This document shows, one piece after another, positions 26,301-39,688 of a DNA stretch of 64,000 nucleotides. A program made the translations under genes and the position numbers. Origin of the DNA: Lingula anatina (lineage: Eukaryota > Animalia > Brachiopoda); contig CM120645.1 of assembly GCA_051362555.1 (NCBI GenBank), positions 12,896,001 to 12,960,000 of the forward strand, given 5' to 3'. The stretch's first letter is position 1. Each line of letters opens with the position of its first letter. The notes beneath the pieces are model-generated. The model was not told the DNA's origin. It saw nothing but the letters and a program-made list of their open reading frames with translations, and ran no database searches.

Positions 26301-28116
26301 ACACAAACAGCATGTGACATTTTCCTGCATTCCTGGATATCATTTCGCTGGCTATGACGTCGACTCACCATTTACGTCACAATGCATTGCGACTGAAACT
26401 CTGGAACCGCCAATACCTGACTGCATAAAGAGAACATGTAGTTTACCTCATTTAAACAATACAGTGACATATTCTGATAGCACGAATTTATTCTTCATGG
26501 CTTCAGTTCAATTCGAATGCATTAAAGGATTTCAATTTCCGGATGGTAATACCAGTGTAACCTTGATATGTGATGAAACCGGTGGATTTGGGGTGGATTC
26601 TCTTAGTTGTTCAGGTACGGGTTTTAATGAATATTTATAAAGTAATAAGCACTAGTACACTGAGAATCAGAGTAATTAGTGCGTTGTGCGCTCTGTCACA
26701 TAGATACGTTTAATTCAGGTTTTCTGCGCAGAGATGGAAAGGTATTCTAAAAACTGGTTGAGGAGATGATTTTTATAAATCCTTTTTCAAAAGAAATTTG
26801 TTAGTCGCGAATGCATATGAAATATTATATGCCACTGTAGAGGAAATTATTGTAATATAGTTTACCTAGTTTCAGGTAAAATTAGGGCAAAAATTACTTA
26901 TAGAGAAACTTCGCTATCTAGTGGAAAATATTTAAAGCTTACCTGTTTCCTTTTTACCATTCAGCGGTGTTGCCTGGTGCTGGCACCCAAGCCGCATTCA
27001 CAGACCCTAACAATAGTAACGTTGGTGTTAGTGTTGGTGTTGGCGTTACTGGGGCGATAGTGCTGATATTACTTGTTGTAACAGTTGTTGTATTCGTCAA
27101 ACGAAGACGGTAAGTGGCAACAAACCATACTGAGTTGTTTTATTTTATTTCTGTTAAAGTTAGTGATAGGGACGCACAATACATGTACAGGGTATATGTA
27201 AGAATGAAAATAGCGTTTACACTGTATAATAAATGAATGAGAAACTGGAGAAGTTGTCAGCATTTTACCTGTCATGCAACAACATTATAAAATATTACAC
27301 GTCCCACGAACCATATAATTAACACATTCCCTTTAATATTTATCCTTTAATGCATTTGCACTGGTGCACGTTGATGGTATCATTAAAATGTTTATATATC
27401 CGCCATGATCTATAAATTCGTTGGTTTTTAGATTTGTCTTTACATAAATATTGATATTCTACTCAACTTTTGTCTTTAACCTACTGGCTTATAATAGATA
27501 GGCCTACAGTTCTTACTTGAGGAGTTGCAAGTGTCTTTTTTTTTTTTTTGTTCGATTGATACATTTATTTATTTTTTTTGCGTTTAACGCATTGATTAGT
27601 AAATGGAACATTTTTCGTTTCAGGAAACAGATGTCAAACTCAAATGAAGATATCAATGTATCAAGAAACGGAGACCTCAGCAACACAATGTACACAGCAC
27701 CCAACACATATGTTGACACAAATCCATACGAACTCGAGGGAGAATGTCCAATGACAGACCGTTATGATCAGTCAAATAATATGAGACAGAATTCTAATAA
27801 CGAAAACCAGGCCTCTGATTCCAAGATGAACGTACAGGACCTATATGCCGTGCCAGACAAATCCAAAAAGACCAAAAAAGACAAGAAGCAACAAAATACC
27901 CCTGCAAGCTATCCAGACGATGCGTATGAATATGTCAAGAAACCTTCTGCCCAAGCATCTTCCGTTTCAAGACAGGATTGCAGTAGCACCTATGAACTTG
28001 CAGGGCAGTTTCAAAACGGAGGCTATGCCCAGTCTATCGATGATGCTGATGACGTGGAGTTTGTTGAAAACGATATTTATGAAACAGGAGGCGTTGACAA
28101 CATGGGCTATGCGTAA
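22577..28116 (+). CDS. Gene B: sushi-PAN-EGF-4x sushi-TM receptor with long (class II) Tyr-rich tail, ~662 aa
   Basis: GT-AG exons: 22577-22652 (signal peptide MKGLSNILKSSMIFCLIRGWQGIDA), 23710-23889 (sushi), 24447-24665 (PAN: CLQACNDDPTCDAVDWDGWCWFH..HYQMKQCP), 24970-25098 (EGF), 25686-25874 (sushi), 26057-26614 (3 sushi), 26965-27109 (TM VGVSVGVGVTGAIVLILLVVTVVVFVKRR), 27624-28116 (tail). The joined frame is open. Confidence 0.88.
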
Positions 28117-29015
28117 GATGAGTCAGTTGAAAACGACATTTTTAATTCTTCGGTGTAATTTCATTTTAGACCAGTTGCGGTCTTTTATGTTTCATATTTG
28201 GAAACCTGCTGATCTCAGTGCTTGCGCTACTGGTATGTTGGGACAAAAATGCCTATTATGGTGATTTGCTCCAACATACAAAATGTTCTTCATGATGTAA
28301 AGTTCAGCTGAGAAGCACTTTCTGGAAAACTTATGTAAGCCTATGTTCTGTATCCAAAGTTTGCTTACAGCGAAAATCCGTTTTTACCAACGATGATGTA
28401 TGTGGAGACTAAAAATTCGAAATCACAAATGGACAATAACCTGAAAAACTCCTTGTTAAGATATAGTTATGTACTTTTGTATAGAAATAAGCTCTACAAT
28501 TTTGTGGTGTTCAACGTCAAAGGATTTAGACTAATAGATATCCATAAAAACTGAGCTGTGATGACTTTATTGAAACTTTCTTCACCCATAAACATGTTGT
28601 ATATGGTGATTGTACATGATCATGGATTTCCTTATTAGTCAAATATTTAAATTTTTCCTCATTTAGTGATTGTTTCTAATAAAATCAAAGTATACTTGGT
28701 AGGTGACTTATAGGTGGAATAGACCGGGTATAAATGACAACATTAGTCTCTATGTTAAATTCATTACTACCTTTACCTCAGATGAAAATGAGTATTGTGA
28801 TATTTTTTACTGATGCACAGTATTATACAACAAATCCGAGATATATATTATGCCAATGGAAGCTAAAAGCAAAACACGTATGTAAATAACATGAAACATT
28901 CCACAAATAAATTAAAAATTAGTGGCATGTTGTCTAACAAAAATTAATAAAAACACTTGAAACTTCTTTGTTGCACGAGTGCAATTCGACTGTTAGTGGA
29001 AAAAGACATGTCTAA

Positions 29016-29211
29016 GGCTCTATTCCCATAGATTTTAGATCGATCTATCCCCGCGGGGAGTCTCACTAGATTACTTTCAGATAATCCGACTTAAATGTCC
29101 GTCCCGCCTACTACAAGCTGTAAATGGGTAATTAATTGACAGCTATTTAGCGTGAACCCCCAGGGAGTTAGGTCGATCTAAAGTAGGTCGATCTAATCTA
29201 TGGAAATGGGG
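29016..29211. mobile_element. MITE (agatcgatcta family) between the converging 3' ends of B and C
   Basis: Inverted termini attcccatagattttagatcgatc / gtcgatctaatctatggaaat. It is absent from the homologous region at ~455-470. Confidence 0.7.
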
Positions 29212-29809
29212 TGTAAGACTAATGAGATACAATTTGAAGTGTGACTCTGAAACAAATTTTTGTAACCTCCTTTACTCACTCAAACAGTTTAGGATTTTCA
29301 TGCGTGTGCTTTTAAGGATTTGAAACATTTTAACGCACAGCTCGATTAAACCCAAAGAATTTGAATATGTTAAAAGTCCTCCAACGGTGAAAACATCAAA
29401 TGAAAATGCCTTTGCAAATAGGTCGACTGTGAATCGTAAGTTTTAAGTACCTTTTACGCAAGACGGGGTTCGCATTTGCCAAAATATGTTAGTATAATAT
29501 AATAATATTTTTAGCGGTTTGTTTTGTTCTTGTGATGAAATTAAACTGTCCGTGTAAGGGAGAATTTGCTCTACAGTAAGATTAGCGTGGCGTAAGTGGG
29601 TCAGAATCTAGGGTGGGGCTAACCTGTACAAGTGGACTCATGATAAGGCCTATCTACTTCGGGGTCGCCCTGGTGCATGACACTTGTTCCTGTGCCACGG
29701 GGACCCTCTGGAAGCACTGTGTTATACCGCGCATTTCACAGTTAATTAAGTTTGATGTGACGCAGTTTAGTCCCTTAGCATTTCGCACTGGCACTTGAAT
29801 AAGTTACAC

Positions 29810-32800
29810 CTAGTCCTGATATATAACAGAGACTGATGGTTGTCGTTGATTACTTTCGTTTGCTGGCATGTCAAGAGCAGTATATGCACTGTCACTGACG
29901 TTAGCGTATTCAACCACGTTGTCATCTCTTGCCATAGTTTTGGCCTCCAGTGACATATACTCGTGATCCCTAGCAGCACTACCTGGCGGATTCAAACTGT
30001 TTTGGTTCAAACCAGAGGTGTCGCTGTGATCTGTGTCAGCAAACGGCTGAGAAGTGGGACTCCGTGTTCTGAATTCAAACGAAATTCAACAAGAAAAATT
30101 CTTAATTATTACCCCAAAAAAGTTTAAGAGCTGTAAAACATAACATCATGTATATTTAAAATAAGATCATCTTTGACTAAGAATAAATTTAAGATATTTT
30201 TTTTATTAAACAGAATCTGGTTATAACAAAAATGCCTTGCACTCTGATTACAAGCTTTATATTTTAGAACTTTGGTTTTACACTGTTATTTGTGTAATAC
30301 AATATCCTATTTTAATATTTCAAACATTATTTTCAAAAAAAAGAAAAAAAATCTTTGAAACCCCGAAGCTGCTACGTGTTAATAAATTATGTTTTAGCAG
30401 CTTTAGTAGGCGTGTCAGACATCTAAGCCACTTATGCTGATTGCAATTTAGCGAGAATCCACTTGAAAATGGGTCAATCCTGTCAGATCGAACAACACAC
30501 ACTGGACAATAGAAGTGTCACCCCTACTGAAACAATACTTTGGGGGAGATAAATGACTATGGAATGATATGCTCCTGGTATCATTTTATTAACATCAAAT
30601 TTCACAAAACGACCAACTATACAATTCCATGGTACAGCGGTTTTATACGCATTGGTCACATTATAAGTAGACCAGGCATTATAACTTTGATTACTCTGAA
30701 TCAGGGTGTGACACTTCTATTGTCCAATGTGTGTAGGTATGGGATCCCAGTTCGACTGACCTTTTTATGACAACCACAACTACCCCAACTAAGATCAGTA
30801 CCACTGCTGTAGATATCCAGCCACTGATGGCAACAGCCACAGGTACTTGTCCTAAAAAATATTACAGAGATTAAATTTACATTACAGTTGAGTTTATAGA
30901 CACTTCTATTTGATTTCAGTACATATTATATGCCGAATAAAAGACTGCAAGTTATATCTTATCTCAGTTACTTATTTTTGTGTTCCATTCATGTAAGTGC
31001 AGCTGGCTTTGCTCTTTTACTTAACACATAACACCCCAATAACTTGTTTTAATTTTTTATCATCATTCTCATATCATTACCTGTCAGTGCTTCTGGTGTG
31101 ACTTCTTCTCTTTGAATGACTGAAAATAAATAAATAAATGATTCATTTCGAAGGACATTTTATGGCTTTTGTTGTAATTATACAAACATTTTTCTCTTAT
31201 ACAAAGTGTGTGGCCATCACTTTTCGTTTATTTCGTTTATTTATTTACTAAAATGCGTTTTATCTTCTCATTCATACCAATTTCAAATTTCGCTTCATAA
31301 TACTTTCAAAAATTATTTTCTGACATTTTACGTCCAGTTTTTGCATTTCCCCAATTTTTTTCATGATGTTCGTATGTAAAAGCCTTTTAAATGAGCACGA
31401 ACTGGTCAATTTTCCTAGACATTTTATCACTCTCCTTAATGACTTAGTTATTCACATGAGTTCATGTAAAATTATAATCCATTACCGGATTTGAGTCACA
31501 CTTGTGATGGAGATTTAAACCGGTGGATTCCGCTTGTGATATTAAAATGATAGTAAGAAAAAAGGGATTTTGAACGAAGACGAATTCACGTATTGTAATT
31601 TTTCTGAGTGGGTCTAGATATATCATGGCGATTAAAGAAAAATGCTGAAATTTCCCAAGATAAATGTCTTTACTACATTGCCTTTATTTAATGCAACGTG
31701 AAAACAAACGAAGAGATGAAAAAAAAACGTCACATTTTGTCAGCACACATATGGACCTTCTACTACCAAACTCAAATTGAACTTACCAGGAGATCCACAC
31801 GATACGGGAACACAGCTAGGTAAACTCTGGTCAAATGTACCATCGGGTTGGCATGTTAGGTTCTTTACTGTTGAAGTGTTGTTGAATTGGAAGCCGGTGT
31901 TGCATGTATATGTGACAGTTTGTCCTTCAAAGGTAACGGAACGCTGTGTTATCTGTCTCTGATGATCACCTAAAGGAAGGACTTCACAGGTTCCTAGAAG
32001 TGGAGCAAAATTTTTCAACTTCTATTGCTATAACCTATTGCAGTTTAATGGTGTTGAGAACAAATATACACCAAATTACCACTAAAAGCATAACTGCATT
32101 TAAGATCAACCTAAAGAAAACGTCGACTTCTTTCATAATTTATGTTATCAATTTTCTATTTGATGTCTTCTTGATTTCAGGCTTACTCATGCATGTTTTT
32201 CTCTCCCCTTCAAACGATCCTCTGAGACTGCAAGTCAGTGTGAAACTGGAACCAGAACCATCGGCGAGTTGATACCCAATGTTACAGTTATAGGTAATAT
32301 TCCTTCCAAACCTGTAACCCCCAGTTGGTAGAGTGGGTGCTGCGTTGGAAATAGCCGGGGCAGCACATTCCACGTCTAAAAATATAGTGAATGTCTGTAA
32401 CGAAATCAATCCATGGCAACAATGGTGTAAAGGCGTTACTTCTGTAACAATTTGTTCAACTGTCCCCGATATGCTTTTATGGGCCTGTTCAGAAACAAGT
32501 TGATCCAACTGATCCCCGTAACAAATATATAGGTAAACCCCATGGAAGCTTTCCGTTTTTTCCTTAAATGGATTCTTCGCGGGTTCAAGTGGGTGGGCCA
32601 TATTTGAACCACGGATCTCTTAGTCAGCGGATCAACTTTGTTCTGAACAGGCCCTGATGAGACCATTTAAAAGAATATCATAAATATAAGGGTTAAATTA
32701 ATAATGAACCAACATTTTTACATTTTCTATATTACAGGATATCCGTCATATAAATCGTGTATTTCATTTTTATTGGAAGACATTCATGGTAGGGTAGACC

Positions 32801-35800
32801 GGGGCTAAACGCCCAGTCGGGGTCAAACGCCCACCCGCGTTTTTTTCAGGTATTACGTATAAATACGCGTCTCGTGATGTTTTGTCCACTTCCGATTTCC
32901 AGCAGACTTATCCTCCATGACGGAGATGACCACAAACTAAAAAATAAGCATTTTATGATAATTTGTTCATTTTTGCCTTGTTTACTGTTATTTAGCCTTT
33001 TCCTTAACATCAGTGACACCACCTACCAAATGCACGAATTCAAAAAACTTTGTTGGTGACAGATAGGATGGTATCAGACTTCCATACAAGTTTCGATGAA
33101 GTCAGATTGTATAAAACTTTTCCCGCCGAATTTTGAAAAAAAATACAAAATCTCACTTTGGGGCAAAACGCCCATGCTGATATGGGGCAAAACACCTATA
33201 GTGGGCGTTTTGCCCCGATCACTGGGCGTTTTGCCCCCTTTCGTTTTTAAATAAAAAATAATTCTAAAAAGATGCGGAAGTGTTCTTTCATGCATGTTTT
33301 TTATTGTATATCATCAGTTATAACACTTTTATGGGGAAAAGCCAAAGCAAGTGGCTGTACTAGGAACTTAATTTTGGAAGTATCACAGTGCCCTGTCGTA
33401 AAGAGTAGAATTACAGCTCATTCTGAATAAATTTGATGGGTATTTTTATTATCTCAGTACCCCAAAATATTATTTGTTGCTTTTAAAGGCTTACAAAGTT
33501 GTCTCGTAGAAATATAATTTGATTTTATTTTGCTTTGTAAAAAGGCGGGGCATAACGCCTATAGTTTGGGGCAAGACGCCCACGGTGGGCGTTTAGCCCC
33601 GTGGTGCGAGGCGTAATGCCCCAGCCATGGGGCAAAAAGGCCGATTTTATAATTTACCTATTTTTTACCTATAAGGTTGTTCTTTTGTTTGTTTCCAAAA
33701 GTGTTAGTATCAGTTTGTAGTCTAGTCAGACCTTCATAGTTAACACCCACTTTGAACGGTCTATACCTTCAGCAGGGAAAATTGTGATGTTTCTTGCTTA
33801 TGGGGGGTGTTTAGCCCCGGTCTACCCTAATTGCAAAATTAACTTCTTTATGGGTTGTGTTCCATCTGCCTCGTTTAATTTGAAACAGTTATCAAAATAT
33901 TCATAATAGTTATATCTTTTCTATAAAATGTGCACACTTAACTGTTCGTGTTTATATTTCCAAGAAAACGAAATATTTAAATTAAAATTTGAAATTGAAA
34001 TAGTTTGCATCACATTTTCAATAAAATATATATATATTTGTTTAGGTACCTATTTCTGTAGCCGTTGCATATTTAACTATTTGCGTATATCTTTGTACAA
34101 GAGACGCTTGAAACACAGTCTAGATTATAAAGTGTGACTAACAACATTGGAAAACAACGCCCCACTTACAATCAGAACACTTGTCACCGGTACGTCCCAG
34201 GTTACACACACACTCCTCTGAAGATATCTGTGTCTGTGAGGTGTATGTTCTCACACACGTTCCTCCTGTAGAGCAGGGGCAGTTGTAGGCGGGATTACCT
34301 GTAGAAAACATACCGTACCGTAGGTTACATATATTGAAGGTTATTTTTTTTTACGTAGCTAATTCCTGAAAGGCGCTATGACACACCACAAAGATGCTTC
34401 GAGCACCAGAGTGTTTCTGTAACTTTACTTTTCCGTCCCCATAGCATGTCCGTCGACACAAAGTAATAAATTGTATGCGAAAAAAAACCTAAACACATAC
34501 AATCGATTTGCATATTAGAATTACCTGTACATTGTTTCATTTGATAATGACGGGGACCAAGCCTATAGTAAAAAACATTGCACGACGTAGAACTGTGGAA
34601 CCAACAGTCTCCATCCCAGTCAACTGCGTCACATGCTGGGTCATCGTTACAGGCCTGTAAACAGCGGGATAATGGCTTATGGCTTGTATTTGAGCCTCCA
34701 TTGATGCCCTTATTTTCATATGCATACAACACGTACTCTGGCACTAAAATAAAATATTTTCATAAATAAGTATGTTATAGTCTGATCTTATTTTCTATAG
34801 TGTTTACAAGCTGTGTACCACATACACTATTTCATACACCCATCGATATAAATATAGCAAAAGAAAGACACAAAAATATATATCAAGTTCAGTACAACCA
34901 TGCAGTAATTCACATTCTTGTATTCATTAATTTCTCACCAACTTACCAGCTAAAAACAGTAACTGAACGAAACCAATCGATTGTATTAAATCCCCTTTAC
35001 ACTGGACGGCATCCTTTCTGCGTCCTTGAAACTGGGCAGGACACGGTTGGACGCTCAAAGAACGCACGGTGATCGCTTAGATCACACAAAGAACGTTCAA
35101 GGATAGCCCATAACGCCATGGTCGCCGTGAAGTTTTGAGCATGTTCAAATGGAGGATGGACGCTGTAAAGCCGTTCAAGGAACGCAGAGAAGACGCACAA
35201 GTATTGCCGTGGTCGCAGAAAGGAGGCACGGGCATCGCTTTGGTTGCCGAGTGAATGCTCAACGATCGACCAGTTGTCGGCAAGAAAATTATTCTTTTTT
35301 CACTCTCAAACCGGACGGCACTAGAGTACTTTTCACCAAAAAGAAAATCTTAGGGTGACAGCTGCTATTGGTCTCATGCCAGCCTCCAGTTGGTATGTTT
35401 TTCGTAAAATTCTTGAACTGATCCATTTTTGTAAGTTATCATTGAGAGAACATTTAGCTTTTTTTCAAAATGCAGTTGTTGCAGTTTTTGCACAATGCGT
35501 CTGTTGAATACGGATTCAAAAATTCTATGTTGTGTCAGTCAGCCTTTCTCGTCTTCAGCGCCTGTCCATCCGTCTTATAAGGACATCAATGATCATCTGG
35601 CTTATCAGTCCATGCAGACCTTGCATTGCTGTAGTTTGGAAAAGAAGTTTATTCCTTGTTAAGTTTCGTTACCTCGAGATGTTCTTAACTTGGTGACCGG
35701 ATTAGTACTGATGAAAAAATATAAAAGAGTCAGAATATATCTAAGGACGCCTAAACAACGCTCATCGGTCTAGCAGGAGGCATAAAGATCGTAGCATGGG

Positions 35801-37523
35801 CGCCACTGATCGCCGATGAAGGCATAGAACGCAACGAGGATGCTAAGTGGTCGCCTCCGGAAGACGGTCAGATTTTCAAGTTTACATTGACGTTTATCTA
35901 TTTTTTTTCCTTTGGAGGACAGTCAAAAATGGAGGATGGATCAACAAAGATAATTTGTAAGAGTCAGACTGTCAGAAAAAACTCTGGATCCACCCCTGGA
36001 CGCCGTAGGTCTCACAGGCAAGCACACCAGGTCGTTCACTGGACGCCCAGGTGGCTCGCAGTTTTACAGGTAATATCAAGATCGGCCGGCCGTTCAAAGT
36101 AGGCACACGGGACGCAGACGCCTCTAAACTGAGACATTTAATTGTTTTGGCGACCGTCTCAGCGTCCAAACGACATTTTTGAACGAAGAACACAGAAAGG
36201 ACGTCGGTGTAAAGGGGCCATTACGTAGCAGGTAGGTTAATCCAAGGATGCATTGTGTGTGTAAATTCCTTACGATATACTTTAAACCATGAAATGTTCG
36301 CCAAGTGGACCGATGCGAATAAGGTTTTCCCCAAACCCATGCAACACTCACACCAATCTATACACTGAGGGAAATTGGGGTGTCATATACCGAGAACACT
36401 AAGGAGCTACGGGCCCTGGATGCCCAGAATTCTCGGCTGGAGACCCCCTGCTAATAGGGGAATCCATAAACATTGCCTTTTTGAAATGTATGGAATATAC
36501 AATCATGTGGTGGAACTGACCAGACGGCCTTGTGGTGGTGTCCGCCTTTGGATCGGGGGGACGTGGGTTCCACTCCGTCCGGGGGCATAGGCCTATCGGT
36601 CCGTCAAAAACGATAGGGTGACCAACGCGACAACACCAAGTCTCCACAAGGACCAAAGATGACCACCCGAAACCCTGGGGTGTCCTGCTGATACATCTCA
36701 CTTGGATGCCCTGGATTCTCAAGACGATGTCCCCGGATTCTGAGGCTGATACCTATGGGTCTCAGTTTGGGGACCACTGCTGGATTCCCCTAAAGGTCTC
36801 TGGATGAAACCCCAATTTACCTCAGTGTTGTTTTATAAGTCAAAGCCTAAGTACACTTGTCTTGCTTCAAATGTTGTGTTAGAAACCATAATTTCATTTT
36901 AAAATAGGAATATTTCGCTTTTATAAAAAAATAAAAGATAAGAAATAGTACAGCGAATTAAAAATTTAGCAAAGAAAATAATCCACGCAAAAGAAATAGG
37001 CCTACTCACATCCACATACTGGTGGTTCCCTATCTAACACATCCTCTCTGTCAGTACACGTAATTTTAAGAGAGCCGTGTATGTGAATATATGGAGGTGT
37101 TAAACACGTGTAGGTAACATTTTGCTGACTGTTAACACGAACAGCAGCTGGAGATCGACTTGAATGAGGCACGTCTGGCACGACACAACCTGAAAGGTTA
37201 AATAATCAAGTAATCAAAATACTTTTTACATAAACGGATGCCTTTTTCATTTCTAGATCTGAAATACCAAATCAAAATTAGATCACCAACCTTACTTTAG
37301 AACATTCAAATATTTGGTTCATACACAAAAAAAAAAAACATTCGAAAATGCATACAATTTTATTTGGAATTAAAGAGTCCTTTAGATTTGTATTAGCACC
37401 TACTCTCAAGCTTTTATTGGACTTTACTACCGTAAGAAATATATTACCTGCGTCAGTTCCACGTAGGTCAAAGTTCAAACTGCACATAAAGAAAAATACA
37501 CACAGTTGTGACAATTCCTTCAT
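29810..37523 (-). CDS. Gene C: sushi-PAN-EGF-2x sushi-stalk-TM receptor with short (class I) Tyr tail, ~462 aa
   Basis: Exons (minus): 37523-37448 (signal MKELSQLCVFFFMCSLNFDLRGTDA), 37189-37010 (sushi), 34743-34525 (PAN), 34298-34170 (EGF), 32375-32187 (sushi), 31993-31787 (one sushi, donor G|gtaagt), 31119-31081 (IQREEVTPEALT), 30851-30761 (TM VPVAVAISGWISTAVVLILVGVVVVVIKR), 30068-29810 (tail EYMSL/EYANV/SAYTAL/IYQD). Frame is open. Confidence 0.82.
30496..30733. mobile_element. MITE nested in the agatcgatcta MITE of gene C
   Basis: TIR cacacactggacaatagaagtgtcac / gtgacacttctattgtccaatgtgtg, inserted at a TA that is empty in gene A (~7838). Confidence 0.75.
32792..33827. mobile_element. 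1-kb non-autonomous DNA transposon with TA TSD
   Basis: TIR gggtagaccggggctaaac / gtttagccccggtctaccc with TA on both sides, and many internal GGGGCAAAACGCCC-type motifs in both orientations. Confidence 0.85.
34992..36219. mobile_element. PIF/Harbinger-like non-autonomous element
   Basis: Ends cccctttacac / gtgtaaaggggcc. It contains a segment (~35860-36000) also found at 63290-63425. Confidence 0.6.
36363..36827. mobile_element. MITE with CACTG termini
   Basis: cactgagggaaattggggtgtcat / atgaaaccccaatttacctcagtg. Confidence 0.7.
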
Positions 37524-38520
37524 TGTACCGTCGACTGCCCTAGAATGAGGTTTGTTGACACGAGTGTGACATAGGTGTACAGCTAGTTAATCAGACCAAA
37601 AGTGGATTTTAAAATTATGCAGCTTAATGCGAGATCTTAAGAAATAAGTAAAGTAAATTTTGTTATTTCCCAAAATCTTTATATACTGTAAATGTAAATG
37701 AGGACAGAGGTCACCTGAGATCAAATCTGAGGCATTTTTGGGAAAAAAAAGACTGTTGAGTTTTCAGGTGTATATAACGGTTAGGAGGTGAAAAAACAAA
37801 ATGGAACACCGAGCTATGTAATTCAGGATGTTTCTAGCACAGCATATTCAGGTATCCTCATTTTGGTGTTTATAACTTTTTGATATATTTACACGCATGT
37901 CATTAAATCTGTTCGAGTCATTTTGTCCGATTGCCAATAATCTGCTTGTATGGATCATCCTTACCTTGAAACTACAACTCACCCAACAGTATAGCAACAG
38001 TCTTTATGGTTGATAATTTGACAGAGTCCTGGGAATATTAACTAGGTACCTGGCATAGCCTAAATCAGGAAGTTAACCTCCGATTGCTTTTTAATTCAAT
38101 GTGACCTCGACTTACTTTGACCCTGTAAATAGTATAAAACGTTTGCAACTAGGATATGAGCCTACGCTGCGAATCTTACGTATGATGTGATACGATATAT
38201 AAAAACTGTCTTCAAGGTACGGTTTAATATAAAAAGCATTGTGTAGCTGGACGCGTTACGCAACAAAGGATGAGGAACAGCAATGCCTGCTCGATCTGAG
38301 AGTGGAGAAAATTTAGCGGTTATACTACGAATAACTTTAAAAAGCTAATTGAGCTGGTAGCAAAGTTTACAATCAGAACACAACTCAGAACTGACTTCAA
38401 TAGTAATGGTAAAATAATTTACAGCAATAGCGGGAGGGATCAGTCCCATTGTTATTTCATGCTTAAGCACCCCCCCTTCCCAATAACAAAAATGTTTTGT
38501 TCTGAACGAGGAGCTACGTG

Positions 38521-38812
38521 GTATAAAATATAAAATGGGTCACTTCCTTGTTCACAAAACTCCGCAGATAACCACCTACCTGGTAGGCCTCACTACACTT
38601 TGACAAGCCTTATATTGTAAGGTCTTTCAACAAAGAAAATTTGGCTATAGAAAAATTAGGGTTTGTACAGGTATAATACCTGTAACATGTACATTTGCTA
38701 TGATCAGTACATGAAAGCAGCAGAAAAGCCAAGATGTTCCGAGAAATTTAATATGCTTTGATGAAGATTGAATCATGTCTTTGATACAGTAAGAGCGCCC
38801 AGGCAAGTAAGT
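38521..38812 (+). promoter_or_regulatory. Putative promoter/5' UTR exon of gene D
   Basis: tataaaatgggtcacttccttg (CACTTCC at 38541-38547) and a downstream gtaagt donor; homologous to the B, E and F copies. Confidence 0.5.
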
Positions 38813-39113
38813 GTTAATGCTTTGTTTAGAAGGCAACATGTTCTCCTACATGTAGATATACTTTAAATGCGAAAAATGTCTATGATTGGCATTTAATCAC
38901 GATCACTTGGTCAGAATAAGTTAGCCTTACCCGTACTTACCTCAAGTTTAAGTGACATTATAAGGCCTCCGATGTATGTAATTAGAACCTTAAGAAGACC
39001 GCGTGATTACAATTTGTCACTTCCTCGCTTTACACAACTAATCTCTATAACAGTCAATGGTAGCAGAAGGACGACAATGTGATTCGTTTGGTCTTCTCTG
39101 GTAAGGCATCTTA

Positions 39114-39397
39114 GGCCCCATTCAGAATGAGAAGATCCTAGTGCTAACTGGTCCATGGCTTAAATTTGGAGGACCTACATGAAAGGAAGACCACAGAATC
39201 CTGTAATGGTCTCTCCGCCTCTCACACGCATCCACACGCGCCGTCCCTGCAGGGGCACAGTAATTAAATCTCGACTCCATTCGCCCAGACGCGTGGAGAG
39301 CAGTGTTAGGATAAGCGGTCTTCCTTTCATGTAGGGTCCGCCATATTTGAGCCTCGGACCAACTGATACAATAGGATCTTCTATTCTGAATGGCCCT
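39114..39397. mobile_element. Harbinger-like MITE with TTA TSD
   Basis: ggccccattcagaat..agaagatccta / taggatcttctattctgaatggccct, flanked by TTA. The site is empty in the paralogous upstream block (~20900). Confidence 0.75.
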
Positions 39398-39688
39398 TTA
39401 ATTACAGGACTTAAAAGCTGAGGGGTGGTGTGGAGAGACACAACATAGGTTTATAAAGAAAAGCCTTTTAACAGTGAGCATTATGTCTTGGACCCTTTTT
39501 CACTTGGAGCAGTATACAGCCTGGAGTACATTCACTTTGAGTGTATTCCCAGAGATTTAGATTGATCCGGAGTTTAAGATTTAGATCGACCTAACTCCCT
39601 GGGGGTTCACCCTAAATTGCAGTCACCCGAGCGCACACCATTGTTAATTACCCCTTTACAGCTTTCAGTAGGCGGGACAGACGCTTAA

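Noticed and set aside
22577-28116. Naming the genes as selectin, SVEP1, CSMD, CR1 or fester
   Set aside because: They share only sushi/EGF modules. There is no C-type lectin, CUB or VWA domain, and the PAN-containing architecture differs, so no symbol is assigned.
27845-28264. Overlapping alternative-frame ORFs in tail exons (also 62446-62769, 6960-7187, 29767-29979)
   Set aside because: They are shadows of the real tail exon, conserved only because the paralogs are recent, and there is no splice phase leading into them.
32792-33827. CRISPR-like array from repeated GGGGCAAAACGCCC motifs
   Set aside because: Spacing is irregular, both orientations occur, the motifs are enclosed by TIRs with a TA TSD, the context is eukaryotic and there are no cas genes.
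34800-36722. Cluster of short GC-richer ORFs in intron 2 of gene C
   Set aside because: They lie within TIR-bounded non-autonomous elements and show no recognisable protein motifs.
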